Of a stretch of 64,000 nt of DNA, positions 20,801 to 31,044 are shown in pieces; the first letter of the stretch is position 1, and each line of letters begins with the position of its first letter. Location of the stretch: IMG/VR virus record IMGVR_UViG_3300030109_001381, positions 3,843 to 67,842 of that record; one strand, given 5' to 3'. Source of the stretch: a virus. The position numbers were made by a program, and so were the translations under genes. The notes under the pieces were generated by a model. The model did not search any database. It was not told where the DNA came from and saw only the letters and a program-made list of their open reading frames with translations.

Positions 20801-23800
20801 CCGCAACATTACCTGACGCTACAACTGATGCTCACGGTCTAATGACTGACGACCAATTTGATAAACTGGCGGCGATAGAAGCCCAAGCAGATGTTACCGA
20901 TAAAGCAAATGTGGTGGCTGCTCTTGGACTTCTTAATGAGAGCGACACTCTTTATCTTGGGGATGCTGGCAATGATACTACTGTTAGGGTCCGGGGTAAC
21001 TTCTTCGTAGATGGGACTCTAACTACCATTAATCAAACAGAAATTAACGTTCAAGATGCTCTCGTCTTTGAAGGAGCAACTGGTGATGACCACGAAACTA
21101 CTCTTCGCATTATAGACCCGACTGCTGACCGAGTAATTTCTCTTCCTGACATTACAGGCACAGTAGTTACAACCGGAGATTCGCAGACTATTGCTACTGG
21201 AATGATTGCTAACCTCGGTGTAACAACTGGTAAGATAAACAGTAATGCAGTCACTTCAGGAAAACTAGCAACAGATTCGGTAATTACTGCTAAAATAATA
21301 GATGATGCGGTTACTACTGCTAAAATTGTAGACGATGCGGTTACCATTGCTAAGATAGATGGAATCACCGATGCAGGTAGTGGAGTAATAATTAGTGGCG
21401 CAGAGAGAACCAAACTGAGTGGCATAGCGGCAGGTGCGGAAGTAAACGTACAATCTGATTGGAGTGCTTCTAGTGGTGACGCTAAGATTCTCAATAAGCC
21501 AAACGTGGAATACACATCTGCTATTCCGAATGCTACTTCTTCGCAAACTGGTCTAGTGACTTCGACTCAGATAACTAAGTTAGATGCTATTGAAGCAAGT
21601 GCTGATGTTACTGATGCTACTAATGTCGCGGCGGCAGGAGCATTGATGGATGGTGACTTCACATCTAATGGTTTCTTGAAGAGGACTAGTGCAGGTAGTT
21701 ATTCAGTAGACACCAACACATATCTAACTTCTCTATCAGTTACAGGGCTTTCAGATGTAGCGGCGTTTGAGACAAACTTCGCTGATGGTGTAAGTGCTAA
21801 TGATGACTCACTAGCCTCTGCAAAATCAATCAAGGCATATGTAGATAGCGTAGGTGGTGCGGCTACAGGCTCTACTACATTCCAACTAGAAGACGGAGAT
21901 GGAACAGAACTTACAATTGCTGATTCTAAGGAAATTAAGTTTGTACCTGCTTCAAGTCTTCTTACAATAAACTGGACAGATGTTGACAACGGTACGGATG
22001 CTGACCCATATGACCTGACATTCACCGTTAATCCTCTATTGTCAGCATACACAAATGATTCAAACTTCACTACGACTACTGCATTAAATAACGCAACTGC
22101 GGCTACTGCGATAACTGGTAAGGCACTTACAAACCTTGGAACTGGAACTGGTGGAGCAATAGCGGCAACAGATACTATCCTAGCCGCAATGCAGAAACTA
22201 GAAACTAGGACTGCACTCAATGATGCTAAGGTAACTAACACAGATGTTGACGTAACCGTTAGTAATCTAGAAGCAAGACTACCACAGATAGATACTGCTA
22301 CCACAATCGGAAATGGAGTTGCTATTACAACTGGTGGTGATTTAACAGTCACAGGTGACCTTGTTGTAAATGGAGCAACAACCACATTAGATGTCGCTAC
22401 TCTTACAGTAGAAGATAAGAACATAGTATTGGGTTCTGGAAACTCAACTAGTGAAATAATTGACGCTACAGGTATTACATTAGAAGGAGGAACTGGTGAC
22501 GACATAACTTTCCAATGGCAAGCAAGTGACAATCAAATGGAAATGAAGTGGGGTAGTAACTATGCCACTCTAAAGGCCGGGACATTTATCGGTGCATTAA
22601 CTGGAAACGTTACAGGCAATGCTGATACTTCCACACTTGCTTCGACCGTAACAGTTGTAGATTCCACAGATACTTCATCATATGTTGCGTTGTTCGATAG
22701 TGCAACAGGTAGTCTAGCGGCTAAGACAGATGCGGGAATAACATATAACTCTGGAACTGGTATGTTAACTGCTACTGGATTTACAGGGCCATTAACAGGT
22801 AATGCTGCTACTGCTACAAAACTTGCCGCTACTAAGAATATAGCGGGTGTAGCATTCGATGGTTCTGCTAATATCAATATTTCAATGACCAATCTTCACG
22901 ATACAGATTTAGGTTCTTTATCTGATGGAGAGTTATTGATTTATGATAGTGTCAATGGTTGGAAGGACGCTACATTAACTGCTGGGGCTAATACTACAAT
23001 TACAAATGGTGCTGGTTCTATTACCATTGCATCTGCTGATACAACTTATTCTGCTGGTCTAGGGATTGCTCTTGCTGGAACTACCTTCTCAGTAGCAAGT
23101 CCAACATCATTAACCAACATGACTGACGATGGAGGTGGTTCAACACTAACTGCCAACACAGGTGATATTGTTATGGTATGGGATGCTGATGGTGGAGGAG
23201 GTTCAGGAACTTGGGTAAAGATGACTCTATCAGAACTATCGCAATTTGCAACAGATAATGGTTCGGCTGGTGTCTTAAAGTTCTTCAAGCAAATTAATCT
23301 AACTGCCGCAACTGGTGGCAATGTTGTAAGTGGGGCAACTGATATTGTCGCAGATAGTGCTAATGACCCATTGGGAATTGTTGCGGGACCAGCAATAGAC
23401 CTAACAGGAGACAATACATCTACGAATGCTTCACTAACAATAGGAGTCAATATTGATGCTCTCAATGAATTGGATGCAGCACCTCATACGACTCAAGATG
23501 AATTTATGGTTTCTGATAATGGAACCGAGAAAAGAGTATCTATGGCTAACGTTGCTGATGGTGTTTTCGCTCATGTAAGTGGAGATGCAACAATTGCGGC
23601 AGGTGGGGCTTTGACAATTGCCGCTAATAGCGTAGCACTAGGAACTGACACTACTGGAAACTACATGACTGATGTTTCTGCCGGGACGGGAATAGATGTT
23701 ACTCATACTGCGGCGGAAGGGTCAACTGCTACTATTGCAGTAGACGTATCTGACTTTATGAGTGGTGGTGCAAATAACCGTGTTCTTACCGCCGCAGGTA

Positions 23801-26800
23801 CAGACACATTCCAAGGAGAAGCAAACTTACTTTATGATGGCGATGCTTTAGTTGCTCTTGGTGCTACTAATGATAAGGATGTTTTATGGGTAGGAAATAC
23901 TGCTGGTAATAGTGGTTCAACTGCTGGTATCACACATCTTGGTATATCTCATTGGGGTTCAGGCACATACCCATCCACTAGAATAACTGCAAGAGAGGAT
24001 TCAGCAGGGAGTTATCTTGGTTCTTTGTCATTCTCCACAAGAGGTGCAGCAAGTGATTCTGCGGCTACTGAGAGAATGAGAATCGCTTCTGATGGTAAAG
24101 TCGTAATAGGTGCAACTACTGCTGATGAACTTCTTCATGTAAGTGGTGCGGCGGCAGGGGATAGCGTTTCCTTGAAGGTCACAAATACTGACGATACAGA
24201 TGACGCTTCGGTTGCCTCTCTTCATCTTGAAAGTCAAAGAGGAACAGATAGTAATTTCTACCTTGAGCATGATGCCTATGGTGCAACTAAATTCTATACT
24301 GGACAGGCAGCAAAGAATCATGCTTTGACTATGAATGCAAATGGTTCTACAACAGTTGAAGCGGCATTAATAGGAGATTCAACTGCTTCATTTACTGGCT
24401 CTCTTACAATGAACCATGCAGGTTCAGATATATATGCTGATATTATCGGCCCAAACAACAGAAACCTAAGATTCGTTCTACGAGACAATGGAGATACGGA
24501 TTCCTTCCTCTTTAGAAACGCGGCTGGAACAGACATAATGTCCTTAGCAAGAACAGGAGATTTAACTGTCACAGGTGCAAATAGAAATGTAGCCATTTCC
24601 GATGGTAAAATTACTCTAGGTGGGGCTTTAGATGTAGACTTTGATGGTTCACATACACGCATAACTCATGATGCGGCTACAGATTCCTCGATGATATTCA
24701 AGAATGCTGATGGTGCAACCATACAGTTCAATATGGGTAGTGACAAGGGTATTGAGGTAAACAAGGATGGCAATGTAGAATTGTATTATGACAATTCTAA
24801 GAAGTTTGAAACTACTTCTGCTGGCGTAGCAATAACAGGAGACTTATCTGTATCAGGAACAACTACTACCGTAAATACAGTAACGATGGAAGCGGCTAAT
24901 GCGATAGTGTTTGAAGGAGCAACTGCTGATTCCCATGAAACCACATTATCTATTGTAGACCCGACTTCTGACCATACTCAGTATCTAATCAATCAAGGTG
25001 GATATATTCCAGTATTAGCCGCCGCAACTACAACTGCTATTACTTCTACACCTGCTGAACTGAATGTATTAGATGGATATACTGGTAGTGTTACTGAGTT
25101 AAACTATCTTGATACTTTACACGCAACAGGTGTGACTGCTACTGAGTTTGATTATCTAGATGGTGTAACTTCTAACATACAAACTCAATTAAATACAGTT
25201 TCATCTGCAACTGGAGATGGACTTTCCTATGATGGTTCAACTGCTAACGGTGTATTGACATACAAAGATGCAGATGAGATTTCTGTAGAATCTACATTGA
25301 CATATGACCCAAGTGGTATGTTGAAGATTGACGTTGGCGGATTTGCTAGAATGGAACTTCATGGTGATAATGGCGCATACATAGACATGAGCAATCACGA
25401 TGGAACTAATGATGACTTCGATGCTAGACTCATTACAACTGGTAGTGGATTAGACATAACTACTGCGGGTAGTTCTTCACCAATTACTCTGAAAACTAAT
25501 GGTGGTAGTAGGGTAAAGATAGAGGATGCCGCCGTTACAGTCTATCCATCAATTCTTCAATTTTCCACAACAGGTGCGCCTACGATAAAAGGCGGAAACC
25601 ATAATCCGATAACGATTTACGGTAATGCAGATGGAACTGCTACTTCAACAACCAATAACATAGTCTCACGCTCAACGGCGGCAGCAATAGACTTCGATGT
25701 GAATGCAAGCCAGCAATTGGCTATGAGGGTACAAGACAACAAGGATGTAAACGTCTATGGTGTTCTAAATGGACCGGGAGTAGCAGAAGGCGGCTATGGT
25801 GCTAACTCGTTCCATCTTGGTGATACTGGAAGTACGGAGGGTAATGATTGGTATGAGGTATTCCGATGGACTCCTAACAACACGATGAGCGCAACAAACT
25901 CAAACCAATACAAGAACTTCGCCGCGAGATTCCAAGTTGTCGGAAGGGGTATTCAAAGAATAAACTTCGATATGTATGTGCGTGGTGAGTATGGGATTCA
26001 AGGCGACTCAGGTTGGTGGACAAAGGAATTCGTCATAGATGGTCTTGCCCAAAGCACAGACGGAGGTGGTATTGCTTCGCCTGATGGAGACTCTATCTTC
26101 AAGATGGTCTATAACTCCGGCACAAGTTTGAGTATGCCCTTTGCAAGTTTGTATATGAGAAGGGATGAAAATTGGGAGATAAGAACCTGCAACCTAATAT
26201 CCATGTTCACCAATTGCGTCTTTGAGTTCAAGGACACCAATGCCGGAGAAACAACCCCAACGAATGACGGACAAAGCGACTCTCACGATTTGTCTCCTAC
26301 AATCAGAAAGAAACTGAGAGTTGATGTGAATAATCAATTAATCAACGGTATGGTCGAGTCAGGAATTTACCTAGATGATGCTGACCAAGAGTTAGTTATC
26401 AAGACCGCTACTGACCCCCTAATTAGAGCATGGGATACGACTGACAATTATGCCGCTACGCTACAGGCCGCTTCAAGTGGTGCTTGGTTAGGACTAGGAG
26501 ACATGGATTCTTCTGATACTACATGGATGAAGTTTGGTGCATTTAGCGGCATTAACAACCTTGACACCAAAACAAGGGACTTCCACATATACGGGACAAA
26601 CACCGCAACAGGATTCTATTTCGATGAGTCGGCAGGGAAGTTTGGAATAGGCACTACAAGCCCTGTAACTCTGTTAGATGTAGCAGGTAGTATCACCGTA
26701 GCAGACCACATTATTCATAGTGGTGACACAAACAATATGATTAGTTTCACAACGGATACTCAGACTTTCACTACTGCGGGTTCTGCTAGGATGACCATTG

Positions 26801-27180
26801 CTTCCGGTGGTGATGTTACAGTAGCAGGTGCATTCTCTGCGGCTACCAAGTCTTTCGACATAGAACATCCAACAGAAGAAGGAAAGAGATTGCATCACGG
26901 TTCTCTTGAGGGACCGGAACACGGTGTCTACATCAGAGGTAGATTAGAGGGAGATACAATAGAACTACCCGACTACTGGCTAGGTCTAGTTGATGAGGAT
27001 ACAATCACGGTTCAACTAACACCTAACAAGGGATTCCAACAGATATACGTTGACCACATAGAGGACAACAAGGTGTATGTGGGAACACAGACTGATACTC
27101 CAATAGACTGCTTCTACTTCATACAGGCAGAGAGAAAGGACGTTGACAAAATGGAGGTAGAGTATGACGTTGTGGTTTGA
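17803..27180 (+). CDS. Giant mosaic tail fibre/adhesin
   Basis: 3125 aa, T/S/A/G/D-rich, with VTTAKIxDDA repeats and duplicated modules. C-terminal 'KSFDIEHP...LHHGSLEGPEHGVYIRG' domain is common at the ends of marine virus fibres. Confidence 0.75.
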   Translation: MMTNSNPGFLSTLSTTPNTRIVDGTDNIHSGIINALNVGLADNRVISGFDIDQSDGGSYTTYGVDAGKIIRDGILVSISAVSLTTTAAARAGNDWYAVIVVDSANTTKIRTGASSSSTAKVSALTAGDIPVAIVKYLAGSDNDAINRKVQFLGYAQTARGLSILNSGSETVRINAAGTITKGGATLTLPSSTGTIALTSDIQYQSAIPNATSSQTGLATQTQITKLDGIEANATADQTKSDINTLYSWSSDPESGATADQTDAEIETAYNARVAQVSSAERTAGNSTTIKRFTPADIKSMIDQHETDTNTDTDVSIANLKSRLNSDFGGDFSIGTQSDDTASFAGHLVVGGNLTISGSTTTINTETVSLQDNIIMLNSNSANTPSENAGLEVERGNSTNVLLRWNEGTDRWEFTNDGANYHNIITQAEADAGKYTHPNYATTNLDTSNAEVVSEIQTNATGHITAMTKRTMTLGHLGFTGATDANKYVHPNHSGDVTSSADGATTIANNAVTTAKIADDAITSAKINDGEIVNAHINGSAAIAQSKISGLTSALSGKEPSLTISDGLDRTGATIKVDIDGLTIENGMDRSADFIMYDDATNGLRRINPANLFSKIIASDIPDISSTYRAVATKLVNADVSNSAAISADKIADGSTNKVFTSTLKTKLDGIAASATAGADWSSNVSNISVTNAQLAGSIANAKLANSAVTINGSAVNLGGSLTLTSGDLSENTNLYYTDERVDDRVNALITDGEGITTTYDDSAGTLTIAGEDATTSNKGIAKFDTDDFTISSGNVMIKSAGVSNSQLQGAIAQSKITNLVSNLAAKVESLSDLSITASAAEINILDGVSGVSATEIGYLDGVTSSIQTQLNSKLSSVSVSDLTGIGSLDTALNSVSASHDTLASAKSIKDYVDSKASVQLEYTMEVEGTDDTNTHLLKIIDQNTNFSDVNFSGSLGISIGVNEGSDTLTFSSNAWPKNILSSSFNQGLLTLNTRDGNTITATLPDATTDAHGLMTDDQFDKLAAIEAQADVTDKANVVAALGLLNESDTLYLGDAGNDTTVRVRGNFFVDGTLTTINQTEINVQDALVFEGATGDDHETTLRIIDPTADRVISLPDITGTVVTTGDSQTIATGMIANLGVTTGKINSNAVTSGKLATDSVITAKIIDDAVTTAKIVDDAVTIAKIDGITDAGSGVIISGAERTKLSGIAAGAEVNVQSDWSASSGDAKILNKPNVEYTSAIPNATSSQTGLVTSTQITKLDAIEASADVTDATNVAAAGALMDGDFTSNGFLKRTSAGSYSVDTNTYLTSLSVTGLSDVAAFETNFADGVSANDDSLASAKSIKAYVDSVGGAATGSTTFQLEDGDGTELTIADSKEIKFVPASSLLTINWTDVDNGTDADPYDLTFTVNPLLSAYTNDSNFTTTTALNNATAATAITGKALTNLGTGTGGAIAATDTILAAMQKLETRTALNDAKVTNTDVDVTVSNLEARLPQIDTATTIGNGVAITTGGDLTVTGDLVVNGATTTLDVATLTVEDKNIVLGSGNSTSEIIDATGITLEGGTGDDITFQWQASDNQMEMKWGSNYATLKAGTFIGALTGNVTGNADTSTLASTVTVVDSTDTSSYVALFDSATGSLAAKTDAGITYNSGTGMLTATGFTGPLTGNAATATKLAATKNIAGVAFDGSANINISMTNLHDTDLGSLSDGELLIYDSVNGWKDATLTAGANTTITNGAGSITIASADTTYSAGLGIALAGTTFSVASPTSLTNMTDDGGGSTLTANTGDIVMVWDADGGGGSGTWVKMTLSELSQFATDNGSAGVLKFFKQINLTAATGGNVVSGATDIVADSANDPLGIVAGPAIDLTGDNTSTNASLTIGVNIDALNELDAAPHTTQDEFMVSDNGTEKRVSMANVADGVFAHVSGDATIAAGGALTIAANSVALGTDTTGNYMTDVSAGTGIDVTHTAAEGSTATIAVDVSDFMSGGANNRVLTAAGTDTFQGEANLLYDGDALVALGATNDKDVLWVGNTAGNSGSTAGITHLGISHWGSGTYPSTRITAREDSAGSYLGSLSFSTRGAASDSAATERMRIASDGKVVIGATTADELLHVSGAAAGDSVSLKVTNTDDTDDASVASLHLESQRGTDSNFYLEHDAYGATKFYTGQAAKNHALTMNANGSTTVEAALIGDSTASFTGSLTMNHAGSDIYADIIGPNNRNLRFVLRDNGDTDSFLFRNAAGTDIMSLARTGDLTVTGANRNVAISDGKITLGGALDVDFDGSHTRITHDAATDSSMIFKNADGATIQFNMGSDKGIEVNKDGNVELYYDNSKKFETTSAGVAITGDLSVSGTTTTVNTVTMEAANAIVFEGATADSHETTLSIVDPTSDHTQYLINQGGYIPVLAAATTTAITSTPAELNVLDGYTGSVTELNYLDTLHATGVTATEFDYLDGVTSNIQTQLNTVSSATGDGLSYDGSTANGVLTYKDADEISVESTLTYDPSGMLKIDVGGFARMELHGDNGAYIDMSNHDGTNDDFDARLITTGSGLDITTAGSSSPITLKTNGGSRVKIEDAAVTVYPSILQFSTTGAPTIKGGNHNPITIYGNADGTATSTTNNIVSRSTAAAIDFDVNASQQLAMRVQDNKDVNVYGVLNGPGVAEGGYGANSFHLGDTGSTEGNDWYEVFRWTPNNTMSATNSNQYKNFAARFQVVGRGIQRINFDMYVRGEYGIQGDSGWWTKEFVIDGLAQSTDGGGIASPDGDSIFKMVYNSGTSLSMPFASLYMRRDENWEIRTCNLISMFTNCVFEFKDTNAGETTPTNDGQSDSHDLSPTIRKKLRVDVNNQLINGMVESGIYLDDADQELVIKTATDPLIRAWDTTDNYAATLQAASSGAWLGLGDMDSSDTTWMKFGAFSGINNLDTKTRDFHIYGTNTATGFYFDESAGKFGIGTTSPVTLLDVAGSITVADHIIHSGDTNNMISFTTDTQTFTTAGSARMTIASGGDVTVAGAFSAATKSFDIEHPTEEGKRLHHGSLEGPEHGVYIRGRLEGDTIELPDYWLGLVDEDTITVQLTPNKGFQQIYVDHIEDNKVYVGTQTDTPIDCFYFIQAERKDVDKMEVEYDVVV

Positions 27181-27556
27181 GGAACTCAAGAAGGAGAAGG
27201 ATGCTTGCTACCGTAAGGTAAGAAGCCGATACAAGAAGTGGCCTTCTGCTTATGCTTCAGGAGCGTTAGTCCAATGCAGAAAGAAAGGTGCTGCTAATTG
27301 GGGAAATAGTGAGAAGAAGTCTGATGACCTTTGGAAGGAATGGGTAAGTTGTTCTTCTTGTGAAGATGACAAAGAAGGTACAGAGCCTTGTGGTAGAAAG
27401 GATGCATCGAAAGGAACAAAAAGAAGATGTAGACCAACCTGTTCTGCTTGTAAAGACTACAAGAGAAGAGGCGGAAAACCTAAGAAAAGAAAGGCTGGAA
27501 CGTTTAGTAGAGAAGAAGATAAGGGACTTCACGGTTGGTTTGAGAGGAGAGGATAA
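27164..27556 (+). CDS. Basic Cys-rich protein of a family common in marine viruses
   Basis: 'DACYRKV...WPSAYASGALVQCRKKG' motif; K/R-rich. Confidence 0.6.
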   Translation: MTLWFEELKKEKDACYRKVRSRYKKWPSAYASGALVQCRKKGAANWGNSEKKSDDLWKEWVSCSSCEDDKEGTEPCGRKDASKGTKRRCRPTCSACKDYKRRGGKPKKRKAGTFSREEDKGLHGWFERRG

Positions 27557-27557
27557 T

Positions 27558-27824
27558 ATGACTTGGAAAAATGTATTATGTAAATCCGGCCAATGCACTA
27601 GAGCAACGAAAAAAACCTCTTCTACTTCTAAAGGAAAGAAATGGATGAAGTGTGTATCAGATGGTAAGGGTGGACACAAGAGAGTTCATTGGGGACAAAA
27701 GGGAGTTACTGTCTCAGGAAAGAGGAAGGGTAAGCGAAGAAAATCATTCAGGGCTAGACACAAATGCTCTAGTTGCAAAGGAGGAGACAATTCTCCTAGA
27801 TGTATGGCATGTAGGGATTGGTGA
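27558..27824 (+). CDS. Basic protein with the RRKSFRARHKC motif (marine virus family)
   Basis: ATG 27558 follows RBS GGAGAGGA; 'VHWGQKG...RRKSFRARHKC' motif. Confidence 0.6.
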   Translation: MTWKNVLCKSGQCTRATKKTSSTSKGKKWMKCVSDGKGGHKRVHWGQKGVTVSGKRKGKRRKSFRARHKCSSCKGGDNSPRCMACRDW

Positions 27825-27830
27825 AAGTGA

Positions 27831-28565
27831 ATGCACTATGGCCCAAGAATCCCACAATCAGGACTACAACTTTGTTTAGACGCATCTAATCCTAAGTCAT
27901 ATCCGGGTAGTGGAACTACTTGGTTTGATGTAAGTGGCAATGGTAGAGATTTCACTTGTGCGTCTGCACCTACCTTCAATGCTCAACCTAGTGTTGGTGG
28001 ATATAGGCAACCTGATTCATTAGATGCAGTAATGTTTACTGGCCCTGCCGCAAACAGTTTTGGAATAGATTCATCGAGTGGTGCTTCTTTTATCTTCTAT
28101 TGCACTAATGATTCGCTAACGAGTAAAGGTGCATTCAAACTTCCTATGGGTTCAGGATTAAGCGGTGGAGCATCAAGAGGATATTCAATACATTTACCGT
28201 GGGGTAATGGCTACATCTATTTCGATACCAACGGCTCTACATCTACTTCTAGTGGGGGTGGTAGGCTAAACACTAGTAGCGATATAGGTAGTCATATCAA
28301 TAATTTTTGGGTTCATGCTTTTACTAAATCAGCCGATGGTGCAACAATGAAGATATATCGAGATGGAATAGAAGTAGCGTCTAGGACAAATGCGGGTGCG
28401 TGTCCAACGTTAAATTCAGAAGCATTCACTATAGGGGCAACTGATGAATACACAAGTGGTTGGGATGCCAAGATGGGTGTTTTCCTATGCTACAACAGGG
28501 AACTTAGTGCCGCAGAAGTATTGCAGATAACAAATGCATACAGATACAGGGATGGTGATGCATGA
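27831..28565 (+). CDS. LamG/concanavalin A-like virion protein
   Basis: 'LDASNPKSYPGSGTTWFDVSGN', 'KIYRDG', 'YNRELSAAEV'. Confidence 0.75.
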   Translation: MHYGPRIPQSGLQLCLDASNPKSYPGSGTTWFDVSGNGRDFTCASAPTFNAQPSVGGYRQPDSLDAVMFTGPAANSFGIDSSSGASFIFYCTNDSLTSKGAFKLPMGSGLSGGASRGYSIHLPWGNGYIYFDTNGSTSTSSGGGRLNTSSDIGSHINNFWVHAFTKSADGATMKIYRDGIEVASRTNAGACPTLNSEAFTIGATDEYTSGWDAKMGVFLCYNRELSAAEVLQITNAYRYRDGDA

Positions 28566-28897
28566 TGAAATACATGGTGATTAGAGCATCAGATGTAAAG
28601 CACATTGATTTCGATAAGGTAGAACAAACCTCAGTAGATACGCTGAGATACAATAACAAGAAGACACAGACTTTCGTAAAATGGAAGTCCAAGTGCGAAT
28701 GTTGTAATAGAGCATTCACCAAACCCTCATTCCTATCTAAGTGTAAGAATACCACAGGCCCATTGAGCCATGAGCAAATGAGAGAGATATTAAGTTATGA
28801 TTTGTGGACTCCTAGAAACCCAAGTAATGAGGAATTAGAGAGAAGTATGAGAACTGTAAAAGAAAGTCCAAACATAGAATATGCGGAGGAAGAGTGA
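28562..28897 (+). CDS. Hypothetical protein associated with fibre genes
   Basis: 111 aa; 'IDFDKVEQTSVDTLRY...FVKW...PSFL'; coupled by ATGA overlap. Confidence 0.55.
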   Translation: MMKYMVIRASDVKHIDFDKVEQTSVDTLRYNNKKTQTFVKWKSKCECCNRAFTKPSFLSKCKNTTGPLSHEQMREILSYDLWTPRNPSNEELERSMRTVKESPNIEYAEEE

Positions 28898-29670
28898 TGG
28901 GTTTCTCTAACGGTAGAACACTTTCTTTGCCGGATAGAATACTATTCAATTTAGATGCTGAAAACAGAAAGTGCTATTCGGGTAGTGGCACTACTGCTTA
29001 TGATAGTATTACAGGAACTTCATTATCATTAAACAACGGCGTAGGATATACTGCACCTGCTTTTACCTTCGATGGAGCAGATGACCAAATAAAGGCAAGT
29101 GCGATAATTTCCGGTATGGATTTCCAATATACGGATGAATTCACAATTGAGGTAATGGTGAAGATAAAGGAGGATGGGCCGGGTACTTTCTTCAACAATA
29201 GAGGTGCATCTAGTGGTGGACAGAACTATCGTGGTTGGGGTATGTGGACTACTTCTTCACCTACTAGAATAAAGGGCGCACTTGGAACATACCCTAGCGC
29301 ACATCGTTGGGTTAGTTCCACTAGCACAGAAGCAGACTTCGATAACATTGTCCTCAACAAATGGTGTCATGTTGTTTATTCATATGCTGGAAATGGAATA
29401 GAAGCAACGTTATTCTTGAATGGTGAAGATAAGACTGACTACGATAATCCCGATAATGATAACACCGCAGATATCTATGATGCCGATAATGAAGCACTAG
29501 TAATAGTCTATGATTCTGATAACCTACTTTCATTAGGGTTGGATAGTTATGATGACAATGCTTGGGAGAGTTTTTGTGAAATTGGATTTGCTAGAGTCTA
29601 CAACGTAGCATTGACACCTGCCGAGGTTAAGAACAACTTTGCCGCCGCAAGAGGGAGATTCGGATTATAA
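28894..29670 (+). CDS. LamG/concanavalin A-like virion protein
   Basis: 'LDAENRKCYSGSGT', 'FTIEVMVK', 'WCHVVYSY', 'RVYNVALTPAEV'. Confidence 0.75.
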   Translation: MMGFSNGRTLSLPDRILFNLDAENRKCYSGSGTTAYDSITGTSLSLNNGVGYTAPAFTFDGADDQIKASAIISGMDFQYTDEFTIEVMVKIKEDGPGTFFNNRGASSGGQNYRGWGMWTTSSPTRIKGALGTYPSAHRWVSSTSTEADFDNIVLNKWCHVVYSYAGNGIEATLFLNGEDKTDYDNPDNDNTADIYDADNEALVIVYDSDNLLSLGLDSYDDNAWESFCEIGFARVYNVALTPAEVKNNFAAARGRFGL

Positions 29671-31040
29671 TGGGAGTGAGTGGTGGTGCTTTGGTTCCTC
29701 AACAGGATAACTTGTTGTTCTGCTTAGACCAATACAACAAGAAGTCGCATAAGGGAAAACCCGGAACAAATGTGATAACAAATCAGAATCTAAATGATGG
29801 TTGGTCAAAAGGTTATACTGCCGCAATAGAATGGAATAGTTGTCCTCCACCTGTAGGTGTTGTTGCTCCTGTTGTTTCGTTTCAAGATGATGGAACCGGA
29901 AGTGGCTATTGGTATTCCTACGGAGACTACGCGCCACAGGGAAATAGCACGACTTATTCCTATTCTGTATATGTGAAGACAACAGACAAAACTGGTGCAT
30001 ATATTAGATACTACACCGCAGACAATAGCGAGAGTGATAGAGTCACAGGAACTTGGAAATACTTTACACCGGATGGAGAAACTGATTCTTCATACAATCT
30101 ACTAACAGGTGCAAATGAGAATCTAGCAGACGAAAGAGGATGGGTTAGGCTAAAGTGGGATTCAGCATATACTACGGATAGTGATAATGATTCAGATAGT
30201 ATGAGCCATAGATATGGTAGTCTTCAATCAGACCCTCATATTGAGAGAATGTATCTTTGCGCCCCTCAATTAGAAGCAGGGACTATTTGCACACCGTGGA
30301 TTCCCCAATCAGAATTTGATGACGACCCTCTACAATTAGTTAGAGGAACCACACCAACTAACGGATATAATAGCGCATCAACTAGGAGTAAATCTTTCTT
30401 CAGTCTAGCAGGTCTTGCACATGCTGGTAGTGGTGATAACTCTATGGAAACAGAATCCGTGACTCATGCGGCTGATGGGACATTCTCATTCGATAGCCAA
30501 TCTATCAACACAGGCTACAATGCGTATCCTACTACTTTCGCAGAACCATTCTCAGTTGAATGTTGGATATACTACGACTCTACTCTTAATTGGACTAATT
30601 CATACCGAGGTAGTATTGTAAGTAGAGGGGCATATGATGGCTCGCTTGGTCTTTGGAGGTATCCTACTGATGGAGTTGTTAGTGCTTGGGTAAGGGTTCG
30701 TGCATCAGACAACTCAGTAACAACAAAGGAGAGAACCGTAGCACTAACTGACAACGCTTGGAATCATGTGGTGATGACATACGAGAATGATGTCTTGATG
30801 GCTATATACAAGAATGGTGAACTAGGTCAATCTTTTGACCCCGGCGATGTCAATGCCGCAGGTTCGCTATACAATGCAGACCAAACAGATTGGATAATAG
30901 GAGGTCAAAGTGCGGCTAGTGGCGCACAGGCAAATCAGTATGTAGGACAGATTGCTAAGGTGAGAATCTATAAAACCGCCCTTACTGCTGGTGAAGTGAA
31001 GAGGAACTACGCCGCTTCTAGGAGTCAATTCGGATTGTGA
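29670..31040 (+). CDS. LamG-like protein with an N-terminal carbohydrate-binding-like insert
   Basis: 'FSVECWIY', 'WNHVVMTY', 'IYKNGEL', 'VRIYKTALTAGEV'; the N-terminal part has 'YSYSVYVK...PQLEAG'. Confidence 0.7.
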   Translation: MGVSGGALVPQQDNLLFCLDQYNKKSHKGKPGTNVITNQNLNDGWSKGYTAAIEWNSCPPPVGVVAPVVSFQDDGTGSGYWYSYGDYAPQGNSTTYSYSVYVKTTDKTGAYIRYYTADNSESDRVTGTWKYFTPDGETDSSYNLLTGANENLADERGWVRLKWDSAYTTDSDNDSDSMSHRYGSLQSDPHIERMYLCAPQLEAGTICTPWIPQSEFDDDPLQLVRGTTPTNGYNSASTRSKSFFSLAGLAHAGSGDNSMETESVTHAADGTFSFDSQSINTGYNAYPTTFAEPFSVECWIYYDSTLNWTNSYRGSIVSRGAYDGSLGLWRYPTDGVVSAWVRVRASDNSVTTKERTVALTDNAWNHVVMTYENDVLMAIYKNGELGQSFDPGDVNAAGSLYNADQTDWIIGGQSAASGAQANQYVGQIAKVRIYKTALTAGEVKRNYAASRSQFGL

Positions 31041-31044
31041 TATT

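Noticed and set aside
25284-25296. Second copy of the palindrome core TGTAGAATCTACA
   Set aside because: It lies inside the fibre CDS using ordinary codons (V-E-S-T) and is probably chance.
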